Shown: piece after piece, positions 16,229-23,432 of the stretch | Layout: each line of letters begins with the position of its first letter | How positions within the stretch are numbered: position 1 is the first letter of the stretch | DNA from: a virus | Taxonomy: Duplodnaviria; Caudoviricetes | Direction: 5' to 3' (one strand) | Length of the DNA stretch: 28,928 nt | IMG/VR virus record: IMGVR_UViG_3300029319_000347 | Location: 1-28,928 of that record | Made by a program: the position numbers and the translations under genes | Notes under the pieces: generated by a model | Database searches by the model: none | Told to the model about the DNA's origin: nothing | What the model saw: the letters and a program-made list of their open reading frames with translations, nothing else

Positions 16229-18382
16229 GTGCTTCACAAATTTAATACACTGGTTCGACTAGGTCTAGTTATATTCCTAGTCGTACCTGTACCTGTCTTT
16301 GCATATCATGTAACTACACAGGCACCATACAATCAATCATTAGCAATAGACACTACAACTGGTGATATAACTATTGGTATATTTACATCTGATGGATTTG
16401 AAGATAGTCCTCCAGAGAAATACACAATATTTTTTGACATAGATAATGACGTAACAACAAGTAGTTTTTGCGTAAGTACGTCATTTGGTCATACAGGTAA
16501 TCAAGAATGGAACTACCATACGTTTTCTTTGTCAGATTTACAAACATATTTTGAGAATCCATACGGTAATTTTAGAGTAAAGATCAGGGCAGATAACGAT
16601 ACAGATAATAGTTTTTCTGATCTAACAGCACAAATGAATATAGATATACCTAACCAGTTACCTTTTGTAAATTTAGTATGGAATGGTTTACCACAAACAA
16701 CTTGTAATGATACAAGTACAACAACTACAACTACTGTTGCACCACCACCTACACCTAACAATGCAATAAATGTATCTGTTAACTATCAAGGACAAGATGT
16801 ATTTTTTGAGTGGGAGTATGCAGACGGTGATGTAGACGCACACGCATTTCATATAAACTACAGCTATGACAATACAAACTTTACACGTGTAATCATAGAC
16901 GATACAACTCTTAGAGAATATACATTAGGTTATGAGTATATAGAAACAGGTACATTTTATTGGACCTTTTCTGTTTGTGGCGATCTAGAAAATGGTGAGT
17001 CATGTACAGATTCAGACTCTAATAATTTTGAAACAACAGAATATACACCACCTAAAACTACACCACCTACTACACAAGCACCTGCACCAGAACCAGATCC
17101 AGAACCAGATCCAGAACCTTATGTACCACCTACAACAATACCTGAAAAAGTAGAAGTTGTTATGGACGATGGCACAGTATCTAACTATACACCTACACAA
17201 GTTGCAGATGGTACAGTAGATAGAGATAACCAACGTGCTGCAAACGAAGCAGCATACGGTTGTTATATGACAGACGCACAGATAGATCGTGGTGATTGTG
17301 ATATTCCAGAAACTTTACCTATAGAATATCCCGACGAAGAAGACGTTATAATAGAGGTAGATGATGACGAACAAAAACCAGAACGAAAAACAGAGCTTCC
17401 TAGCGATGATGATGTGGTACCTACGGTGGTTATTGACGTTGAAGATACAGATACTGAAGGAGAAAATAAGGGAGAACCTTTACCACCTGTACTACCGATC
17501 GAAGACCTGGATATTGTTGACGTGCCGATCATTGATCTCGACGATATTGAGATACCTGAAGATATTATCATAGTTATACCAGATGATGATAAACCTGAAC
17601 CTAAAGTAGAGATAGAGATTATAGAGGAAGAAGAAGATGAGTTGGACGAAGAGGTACCTGGAGATGACGTGGAACGAGAAGAGGAATCTAAAGAAGAAGA
17701 TGAAGGTCCAGATCCAGAACCAGAGGAAAAAACAACAGAACAAATAGAACAAGAAGTAGAAGTATTAGAAGAAGTTATTGAAGAGGTAATAGAGTTACCA
17801 GTAGTTGAAGAAGAAATAACAGAAGAAGTTATAGAAGAGTATGTTGAAGAACTTGAAACAGAAGAAGTTGTGGAGATACTTGAAGAAGTTGCTACAGTCG
17901 GAGTGGAGAATCTTGAAACTGTTAGCGAAGATGTACTTGAAGTTGTAAGTGCAGTCGTAGAAGAAGTTATAGAGATAGCGTCAGAAGAAGAACTTACTGA
18001 AGAACAAGTAGAAGTTGTGCAGGAAGTTTTACAATTAGACGAAGCAGAAGACGTACAAATTATTGCTGAAGCTGTAGAAGAAGATGAAGCAGTTGCAGAA
18101 GCTGTAGAAGAATACGTAGAACGTGCAGTAGAGAATGCTGATGTAGAAGATTACAACCTTGCTGACGTTGTTACAGAGGTACAAACAGAAGAATTTTTAG
18201 CAGATCCAGTAGGTGCATTTACAGATATAGATGTAGCTGCAATAGATCTTACAACTATTGGTGACACAATGACATCTACACAAAAAGAAAAAGCACAAGA
18301 AGTTGTTGTTCCTGTCATCATAGCTTCGCAAATTGTAGCAAGCGTGCAAGTCGTACCAGTTAGAATAAGACGTAGGATATGA
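16229..18382 (+). CDS. Large secreted/surface acidic protein: signal peptide, FN3-like beta domains, Pro/Thr linkers, Glu/Val-rich stalk, C-terminal anchor
   Basis: RLGLVIFLVVPVPVFA signal peptide; TTTTTTVAPPP and PEPDPEPDPEP linkers; long E/V/D-rich region; VVVPVIIASQIVASVQVVPV-RIRRRI C-terminus. Confidence 0.7.
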   Translation: MLHKFNTLVRLGLVIFLVVPVPVFAYHVTTQAPYNQSLAIDTTTGDITIGIFTSDGFEDSPPEKYTIFFDIDNDVTTSSFCVSTSFGHTGNQEWNYHTFSLSDLQTYFENPYGNFRVKIRADNDTDNSFSDLTAQMNIDIPNQLPFVNLVWNGLPQTTCNDTSTTTTTTVAPPPTPNNAINVSVNYQGQDVFFEWEYADGDVDAHAFHINYSYDNTNFTRVIIDDTTLREYTLGYEYIETGTFYWTFSVCGDLENGESCTDSDSNNFETTEYTPPKTTPPTTQAPAPEPDPEPDPEPYVPPTTIPEKVEVVMDDGTVSNYTPTQVADGTVDRDNQRAANEAAYGCYMTDAQIDRGDCDIPETLPIEYPDEEDVIIEVDDDEQKPERKTELPSDDDVVPTVVIDVEDTDTEGENKGEPLPPVLPIEDLDIVDVPIIDLDDIEIPEDIIIVIPDDDKPEPKVEIEIIEEEEDELDEEVPGDDVEREEESKEEDEGPDPEPEEKTTEQIEQEVEVLEEVIEEVIELPVVEEEITEEVIEEYVEELETEEVVEILEEVATVGVENLETVSEDVLEVVSAVVEEVIEIASEEELTEEQVEVVQEVLQLDEAEDVQIIAEAVEEDEAVAEAVEEYVERAVENADVEDYNLADVVTEVQTEEFLADPVGAFTDIDVAAIDLTTIGDTMTSTQKEKAQEVVVPVIIASQIVASVQVVPVRIRRRI

Positions 18383-18606
18383 AATACATAAAAAAAATAA
18401 TTAAGTGGTTATATGAAGTGCTAAAGGAAACAATAGCACAAACATTTACACTATTAGGATTTTTTATTGCATGGCTAACATTAACCGGAACTGCAAAAGA
18501 TATTGTAGGTATTGCTATAATTATAAGTATAGTGTTATGGTTACTGACCATAGGTATGCGTAAAGAACCAGAACAAAAACAACCAGTTAGGAAGGTAAGT
18601 AAATAA
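18379..18606 (+). CDS. Small two-TM membrane protein
   Basis: ATGA-coupled; TFTLLGFFIAWLTLTG and IVGIAIIISIVLWLLTI. Confidence 0.7.
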   Translation: MKYIKKIIKWLYEVLKETIAQTFTLLGFFIAWLTLTGTAKDIVGIAIIISIVLWLLTIGMRKEPEQKQPVRKVSK

Positions 18607-18677
18607 TGCCAGGACATTACGGTAAAAAAAAGAAAAAGAAAAAAAAGTCCAAGCGTAAAAAAATGATGGGCTACTAA
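18606..18677 (+). CDS. 23-aa poly-Lys peptide (not in track)
   Basis: MPGHYGKKKKKKKKSKRKKMMGY; TAATG-coupled at both ends. Confidence 0.65.
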   Translation: MPGHYGKKKKKKKKSKRKKMMGY

Positions 18678-18850
18678 TGAAGGTCAAAGGTGTAGATGTT
18701 AGTAAGTTGACTAAAAGTCAGCAGAAGGCAATGAAAAAGCATTCTGTACATCATACTAAAAAGCACATTAAATATATGTACAACAGTATGAGAAGAGGTG
18801 CGTCGTTTAGTAAGGCTCATAAGAATGCACAAAAAAAGGTAGGTAAGTAA
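18677..18850 (+). CDS. 57-aa Lys/His-rich basic protein (not in track)
   Basis: MKVKGVDVSKLTKSQQKAMKKHSVHHTKKHIKYMYNSMRRGASFSKAHKNAQKKVGK; TAATG-coupled at both ends. Confidence 0.75.
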   Translation: MKVKGVDVSKLTKSQQKAMKKHSVHHTKKHIKYMYNSMRRGASFSKAHKNAQKKVGK

Positions 18851-19119
18851 TGATTACGTATAGAGGTGAGAGGTTTTCTGGTTATAACAAACCAAAGAGA
18901 ACACCTAAACACCCAACAAAGTCGCATGCTGTCCTTGCTAAAGAAGGAGACAAGATAAAGTTGATCCGCTATGGGCAACAAGGAGTCAGCGGCGCAGGTA
19001 AAAAAAAGGACGCAAAGTCTAAAGCTAGAAGAAAATCATTTCAAGCTAGACATGCAAAGAATATTGCAAAAGGTAAAATGTCTGCAGCATTCTGGGCTAA
19101 CAAGACTAAGTGGACGTAG
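18850..19119 (+). CDS. 89-aa basic protein of a type common in aquatic phages
   Basis: GYNKPKRTPKHPTKSHAVLAK...RYGQQG...RRKSFQARH...SAAFWANKTKW. Confidence 0.8.
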   Translation: MITYRGERFSGYNKPKRTPKHPTKSHAVLAKEGDKIKLIRYGQQGVSGAGKKKDAKSKARRKSFQARHAKNIAKGKMSAAFWANKTKWT

Positions 19120-19129
19120 AGAGGAAGCA

Positions 19130-19258
19130 ATGCCGTACAAAGACTATAGTGCAAAGCAAAAGAAAATAGCTAACGTAGCACCACCATTTAACAAAATAAC
19201 CGGTGCAGACTTTGCTATGCTACAGAAGAAGAAGAAGAAAAAGAAAAAAGGTAAATAA
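19130..19258 (+). CDS. 42-aa basic protein with poly-Lys tail
   Basis: GAGG RBS; MPYKDYSAKQKKIANVAPPFNKITGADFAMLQKKKKKKKKGK. Confidence 0.7.
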   Translation: MPYKDYSAKQKKIANVAPPFNKITGADFAMLQKKKKKKKKGK

Positions 19259-19259
19259 C

Positions 19260-19418
19260 ATGTCTAAGAAACCAGTATGGGATAAACCAAGACCAAAAGG
19301 TCTAGGCAAAAGTAAAAAGCTAACGCCTGCACAAAAGGCAAAAGCAAAAGCTAGAGCTAAAGCTAATGGTCGTAAGTATCCTAACCTTGTTGACAACATG
19401 TGGGCAGCTAGCAGGTAG
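19260..19418 (+). CDS. 52-aa basic Lys/Ala-rich protein
   Basis: MSKKPVWDKPRPKGLGKSKKLTPAQKAKAKARAKANGRKYPNLVDNMWAASR. Confidence 0.75.
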   Translation: MSKKPVWDKPRPKGLGKSKKLTPAQKAKAKARAKANGRKYPNLVDNMWAASR

Positions 19419-19543
19419 GATTATACGAAGGTCCATTGTCCCAGATGTGGGGAACCAATGCGAGTTGATCTTAAAACTTTTTCTATAAAGTGTAGAAATC
19501 TGCAATGTCTTAACTATAATAAAAAGTAAGACAGGGAGATATA

Positions 19544-20110
19544 ATGAAACTACAAGTAGTTAGAACGCAGTTTGGCAAAGACGCTACAAACGGCATGCTA
19601 TTTATTGATGGTGTGTTTGAGTGCTTTACTCTTGAAGATCAAGAACAAGCTGTAAAAATACATTCTGAAACCGCTATACCACTAGGTTCATACAACGTAG
19701 TGCTACGTCAAGCAGGAAATTTTGATAAACGTTATGTTGCTAAATATGGCAGCACATGGCATAAAGGTATGCTGTGGATACAAGACGTACCAGGATTCGA
19801 GTGGATCTTAATTCACACAGGGAATACCGACGAACACACCGCAGGTTGTCTTCTAGTTGGTGAGACACAACAAGATTTAGATAAAGGTAAAGATGGATTT
19901 GTCGGTGGTTCAGGCGACGCATACAAAAAGATGTATCCTAAAGTAAGAAATGCTTTACAAAATGGTGATAAAGTAACAATAGAATACACACACATTAACC
20001 TCGATGGTGTTACAGAAGCACCTAAAAAGACTTCCGATAACGATAAACTCGATGAGATACTTGAAAAAGTGTCACGTATGGAGACTAAGTTAAGAGGAAG
20101 AATCATATAA
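19544..20110 (+). CDS. DUF5675-like protein, candidate endolysin
   Basis: TNGMLFIDG...TLED...ETAIPLGSY...DVPGFEWILIHTGN...TAGCLLVG, with a His...Cys pair; GGGAG RBS; adjacent to the holin. Confidence 0.75.
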   Translation: MKLQVVRTQFGKDATNGMLFIDGVFECFTLEDQEQAVKIHSETAIPLGSYNVVLRQAGNFDKRYVAKYGSTWHKGMLWIQDVPGFEWILIHTGNTDEHTAGCLLVGETQQDLDKGKDGFVGGSGDAYKKMYPKVRNALQNGDKVTIEYTHINLDGVTEAPKKTSDNDKLDEILEKVSRMETKLRGRII

Positions 20111-20123
20111 GAACGGAGTAATA

Positions 20124-20315
20124 ATGAGTGATGAACTCAAAGGACTACTTGAAAAAGTTGTATGGACATTCATCGAAGCATTTGGTAGTGCTTTGCTTGT
20201 AGGTCCTGCACTCGATTTAGACATTAACACAATCCAAGCTGCAGCTATTGCAGGTGGTGGTTCTGTTATTGTGATACTAAAAGAGTATGCAAAAAAACAA
20301 CTCACAAGTAAGTAA
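20124..20315 (+). CDS. Holin (r1t-like)
   Basis: LLEKVVWTFIEAF...AAAIAGGGSVIVILK; two hydrophobic segments; follows the lysin candidate. Confidence 0.7.
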   Translation: MSDELKGLLEKVVWTFIEAFGSALLVGPALDLDINTIQAAAIAGGGSVIVILKEYAKKQLTSK

Positions 20316-21507
20316 ACTTACTACAACCCAACAGGACGTACCACACAACGAGGAGTCTGATACACCTAACCACCCTAATGGTTGGGAACCAGGTGTAAAG
20401 TTTGACTACAAAAAAAAGACTGGAACGATAACTACAAGGGCATTGCAACAAGCTAACCCAGAGTTTGACGAGCTGTTACAGTCGTGGGGATTCGATCCTA
20501 AAAAATATTCTATCCTAAATGACACAATTCGTGTAAGCACGTGGGATATGAATTTGGGAAAAGGAGACGTGCAACAAGCATGGGCATACAAAGCACAGAT
20601 AGTTTTAACAGAAGATACAATAGACGAAAAAGAATATGAGAAACTATCTAACTGGATACAATCATACAAACGTAAATCAAAACCTAAAATAAAAAAACCA
20701 AAGGCAAGTTTCTTTGTAGCTATATCTGATTTACAACTAGGTAAAAGAGATGGCGGTGGTACAGAAGCAATAGTAAAAAGATACCTGGAGAAGATAGATA
20801 CAGTACGAGATAGATATAATTTTTTACGCAAGGCAGGTGTCAAGTTAGATCAGCTTACAGTCATAGGACTTGGTGATATCGTCGAAGGTTGCGTTGGCTT
20901 CTACCCCCAAGCAATGGGACCTAACGGAGTCGAGTTGGATTATCGTAATCAAATGAAGTTAGCTAGAAGATTAATTGCTAAGTCATTAATAGAATGGTCA
21001 AAAGATTTTGATGTAGTTGTAGTCGGTGCAGTTCCCGGAAATCATGGGACTAAAAGGATTGCAAAAAACTTAGCACCTACAGGTGAGATGGACAACTATG
21101 ACATAGAAGTGTTTGAACAGATAGCAGAAATATTTGCAGACAAACCACAGTTTGATCATATAAAGTTTGTAATACCTGATGAACCACACTTATCACTAAA
21201 CGTTTGTGGCACCAACATGAGTTTTACGCACGGACATTTGGCGGGCTACAGTGGGACAGTAGAAAATAAACTTATGAATTGGTGGAAGAACCAGACATTC
21301 GGCGGTTTCCATGCAGGTGCTAGTAGTATACTTGTTACAGGTCACTACCATCATCATCGTGAATTACATGACGGGCGTACATGGATACAAGTTCCTGCAC
21401 TAGATGAGAGTACTTGGTTTGAGCAGCAAGCAGGTAAGAAGACTAAGCAGGGAATAATGACAATGGTTGTAGACAAGAATGGACATAATAATAAAGAGAT
21501 TGTATGA
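20287..21507 (+). CDS. Calcineurin-like metallophosphoesterase (possible nuclease)
   Basis: All five motifs present: SDLQLG, GDIVEG, PGNHG, HGH, GHYHH. Confidence 0.85.
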   Translation: MQKNNSQVSKLTTTQQDVPHNEESDTPNHPNGWEPGVKFDYKKKTGTITTRALQQANPEFDELLQSWGFDPKKYSILNDTIRVSTWDMNLGKGDVQQAWAYKAQIVLTEDTIDEKEYEKLSNWIQSYKRKSKPKIKKPKASFFVAISDLQLGKRDGGGTEAIVKRYLEKIDTVRDRYNFLRKAGVKLDQLTVIGLGDIVEGCVGFYPQAMGPNGVELDYRNQMKLARRLIAKSLIEWSKDFDVVVVGAVPGNHGTKRIAKNLAPTGEMDNYDIEVFEQIAEIFADKPQFDHIKFVIPDEPHLSLNVCGTNMSFTHGHLAGYSGTVENKLMNWWKNQTFGGFHAGASSILVTGHYHHHRELHDGRTWIQVPALDESTWFEQQAGKKTKQGIMTMVVDKNGHNNKEIV

Positions 21508-21587
21508 ACGATAACGCGTGGATAATACTTGATGATGGATCGCGCGTACACGTGTCCTGGATAGATACAGAGTTCGAGGAAGAATAA
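21504..21587 (+). CDS. 27-aa acidic peptide (not in track)
   Basis: ATGA-coupled; MNDNAWIILDDGSRVHVSWIDTEFEEE. Confidence 0.5.
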   Translation: MNDNAWIILDDGSRVHVSWIDTEFEEE

Positions 21588-21602
21588 CGCTACAAATGAA
21601 CA

Positions 21603-21668
21603 AGTCGGTCTCACAGGACCGACTCATTCGGAAGGAGATAACAACGTTAAGATGTTATCTGATCTTCC
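21603..21668 (+). other. Two intergenic hairpins, the second enclosing an SD-like sequence
   Basis: AGTCGGTC/GACCGACT (21603-21624); GGAAG-g-AGATAACA...TGTTATCT-gat-CTTCC (21630-21668). Confidence 0.65.
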
Positions 21669-21680
21669 CAATATAACACA

Positions 21681-21689
21681 TGCTATAAT
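21681..21689 (+). promoter_or_regulatory. Extended -10 promoter TGcTATAAT
   Basis: Perfect consensus in non-coding DNA, just upstream of two hairpins. Confidence 0.65.
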
Positions 21690-21695
21690 TAAGTG

Positions 21696-21772
21696 CAATC
21701 AATTCACTGATAGAGGTTTCCTCCTTTACTCTATCGTGACACCAGGTTATTTTATTTTAATCTGGTGTGTCA
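21696..21772 (+). ncRNA. Candidate small RNA with anti-Shine-Dalgarno loop
   Basis: Stem TCAC-t-GATAGAG/CTCTATC-GTGA with loop GTTTCCTCCTTTA (21716-21728), then an 11-bp hairpin 21739-21749/21758-21768. Confidence 0.55.
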
Positions 21773-21807
21773 GTAAAATCTAGTATATAATTATATTGGA
21801 GGTAGTA

Positions 21808-22041
21808 ATGACTGCAATTAATACTACATTTGATAGTAATGGTATGTTTGCCAAGTTATCTGATTCTGTTGGTAATACAGGACGTGGTTTTATCGTGTTC
21901 TGGAAAAGCAATCCAACATACATAGATAGTATAAGTGGTTTACGTAATTGGTTACGTAGGCATGGGCTATACATAGAGACTTTTGAGTTTACAGGTGTCT
22001 TACATTATGTATTTGTAGCGTCAGAACGTGGCGGAGACTAG
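21808..22041 (+). CDS. Hypothetical protein
   Basis: GGAGG at 21798 supports ATG 21808 over the track's TTG 21796. Confidence 0.7.
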   Translation: MTAINTTFDSNGMFAKLSDSVGNTGRGFIVFWKSNPTYIDSISGLRNWLRRHGLYIETFEFTGVLHYVFVASERGGD

Positions 22042-22044
22042 AAC

Positions 22045-22323
22045 ATGAACATATTTACAAGTCAAAAGGAGTTAAAGAAGTGGGCTATATCTATGGCTAA
22101 TGCTTGTGGCGGCATGGAAGTAGTACAAAATAATATAATGAAAAAGCAGAGTCCAAAAAAAGTAGAAAACCTAACAATAAAATTTGTGTCTGATTACAAT
22201 GCTATGGTGAAGATAGCTATGGAGAACATAGCAAAGGAGACAATTAAAGAGAATGGATTAGAGCCTGTTTCAGATGAAATAAAAGAGGAACTAAAAACAA
22301 AAGGTAAAGAAGGAGATATATAA
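22045..22323 (+). CDS. Hypothetical protein
   Basis: GGAG RBS; coupled to the next gene. Confidence 0.7.
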   Translation: MNIFTSQKELKKWAISMANACGGMEVVQNNIMKKQSPKKVENLTIKFVSDYNAMVKIAMENIAKETIKENGLEPVSDEIKEELKTKGKEGDI

Positions 22324-23102
22324 TGGCGTGGCAAGATGAGTACGATCAAGTAGAAGATAGACTTAAAAAATTTTGGAAAGACAATCCTAACGGTCGTATA
22401 GACACAAAAATTATACATGTAAACGCAGACTTTACAAATGCAATACATAGGTGTGAAGTTTACAAAGATATTAAAGATGAGTTTCCTGTAGCAACGGGCA
22501 TAGCACAAGATCAACAAGGACCAAAAGGTGCAAACCAAACCTCATGGATAGAAAACGGGGAGACGAGTTCAGTAGGCAGAGCTTTGGCGAACTGGAAGTA
22601 CGCAGCAAAGAAGCGACCATCAGTCACAGAAATGCAGAAGGTGGAGAACCTTAGTGGCAACATTGAGGTTACCAAGACTGTAAGTAAAACTAGCAATAGC
22701 AATACTTACAGTCCTCCACCTAGCGTTAAAAAAAAACTTGAAGGTGCAACAACTGACGGAGACTTAGAAGGTAAATCTATACAAGAGAAGTTAGATACTA
22801 TAGGTGTAGATGTAGAAGAAAAAGTAGTAGTTACAAAAGGTACAGTAGAACCAAAGTGTATAAGTTGTGACAGCGAACTATGGGACAACAGAGTAGATAA
22901 AGCAACTGGCAAGATAGGACCACGTTATCCTGATTGGAAGTGTAAAAACAGAGATTGTAAAGCAGGTAAAAATGGTACACCACGTGTATATTACATGGAA
23001 AGTTTTAACGCAGAACAACAGGCACCAGAAGAATGGTATATGCCAGATTTAGTAAAGGCAAAAGACGTTGAAGAAATCAAAGAAAACGAAGCGCCGTTCT
23101 AA
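22323..23102 (+). CDS. Sak/Rad52-like single-strand annealing protein with C-terminal Zn ribbon
   Basis: YDQVEDRLKKFWKDNPNGRI...ATGIA...IENGETSSVGRALAN; CISC...WDNR...PDWKCKNRDC; acidic tail ending EAPF. Confidence 0.7.
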   Translation: MAWQDEYDQVEDRLKKFWKDNPNGRIDTKIIHVNADFTNAIHRCEVYKDIKDEFPVATGIAQDQQGPKGANQTSWIENGETSSVGRALANWKYAAKKRPSVTEMQKVENLSGNIEVTKTVSKTSNSNTYSPPPSVKKKLEGATTDGDLEGKSIQEKLDTIGVDVEEKVVVTKGTVEPKCISCDSELWDNRVDKATGKIGPRYPDWKCKNRDCKAGKNGTPRVYYMESFNAEQQAPEEWYMPDLVKAKDVEEIKENEAPF

Positions 23103-23147
23103 AAAACATATATACAGAGGTAATCCTAATTGGGCAGGAGATGATTG

Positions 23148-23267
23148 ATGTTTACAGTTATAGTACAAATTACAAGCAGCGGTGAGTTTGTTGACATAGA
23201 TTTTGAAGACGCACCTAAACACATACCTGTAAATGTAAGACAGGAAATAGTTGATGGCGAAGAATAA
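23148..23267 (+). CDS. 39-aa hypothetical protein (not in track)
   Basis: AGGAG RBS; MFTVIVQITSSGEFVDIDFEDAPKHIPVNVRQEIVDGEE. Confidence 0.5.
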   Translation: MFTVIVQITSSGEFVDIDFEDAPKHIPVNVRQEIVDGEE

Positions 23268-23288
23268 ATGTAAGGAAGGTAATGGCAG

Positions 23289-23432
23289 ATGGCAAAAAAT
23301 CAAAACGATCCAATCAATCCGTTTGACGGACCGGGAATCAAAATAGATTCAGAAGAATTTAAGAACATGGTTATGAATGTTATGTTAAATAAACATAATA
23401 ATCCTGACGAAGACTTTGATCTTACAAAGTGA
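23289..23432 (+). CDS. 47-aa hypothetical protein (not in track)
   Basis: MAKNQNDPINPFDGPGIKIDSEEFKNMVMNVMLNKHNNPDEDFDLTK; GTGA overlap with the SET gene. Confidence 0.55.
   Translation: MAKNQNDPINPFDGPGIKIDSEEFKNMVMNVMLNKHNNPDEDFDLTK

Noticed and set aside
5910-17573. Nested + strand ORFs 5910-6155 and 17361-17573
   Set aside because: Alternate-frame shadows inside the capsid and acidic-protein genes, with no independent support.
17080-18200. CRISPR-like or tandem DNA repeat array in gaagaagtt / ccagaaccagat runs
   Set aside because: The repeats are in-frame codon repeats for Glu/Val and Pro-Glu-Pro-Asp, with no fixed repeat-spacer period.
18971-19418. Track ORFs 18971-19258 and 19203-19418 with long N-termini
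   Set aside because: The extensions overlap neighbouring genes; ATG 19130 (after GAGG) and ATG 19260 give non-overlapping, compact genes.
21588-21795. tRNA gene in the intergenic region
   Set aside because: No cloverleaf, TTCGA T-loop or CCA end; only independent hairpins.
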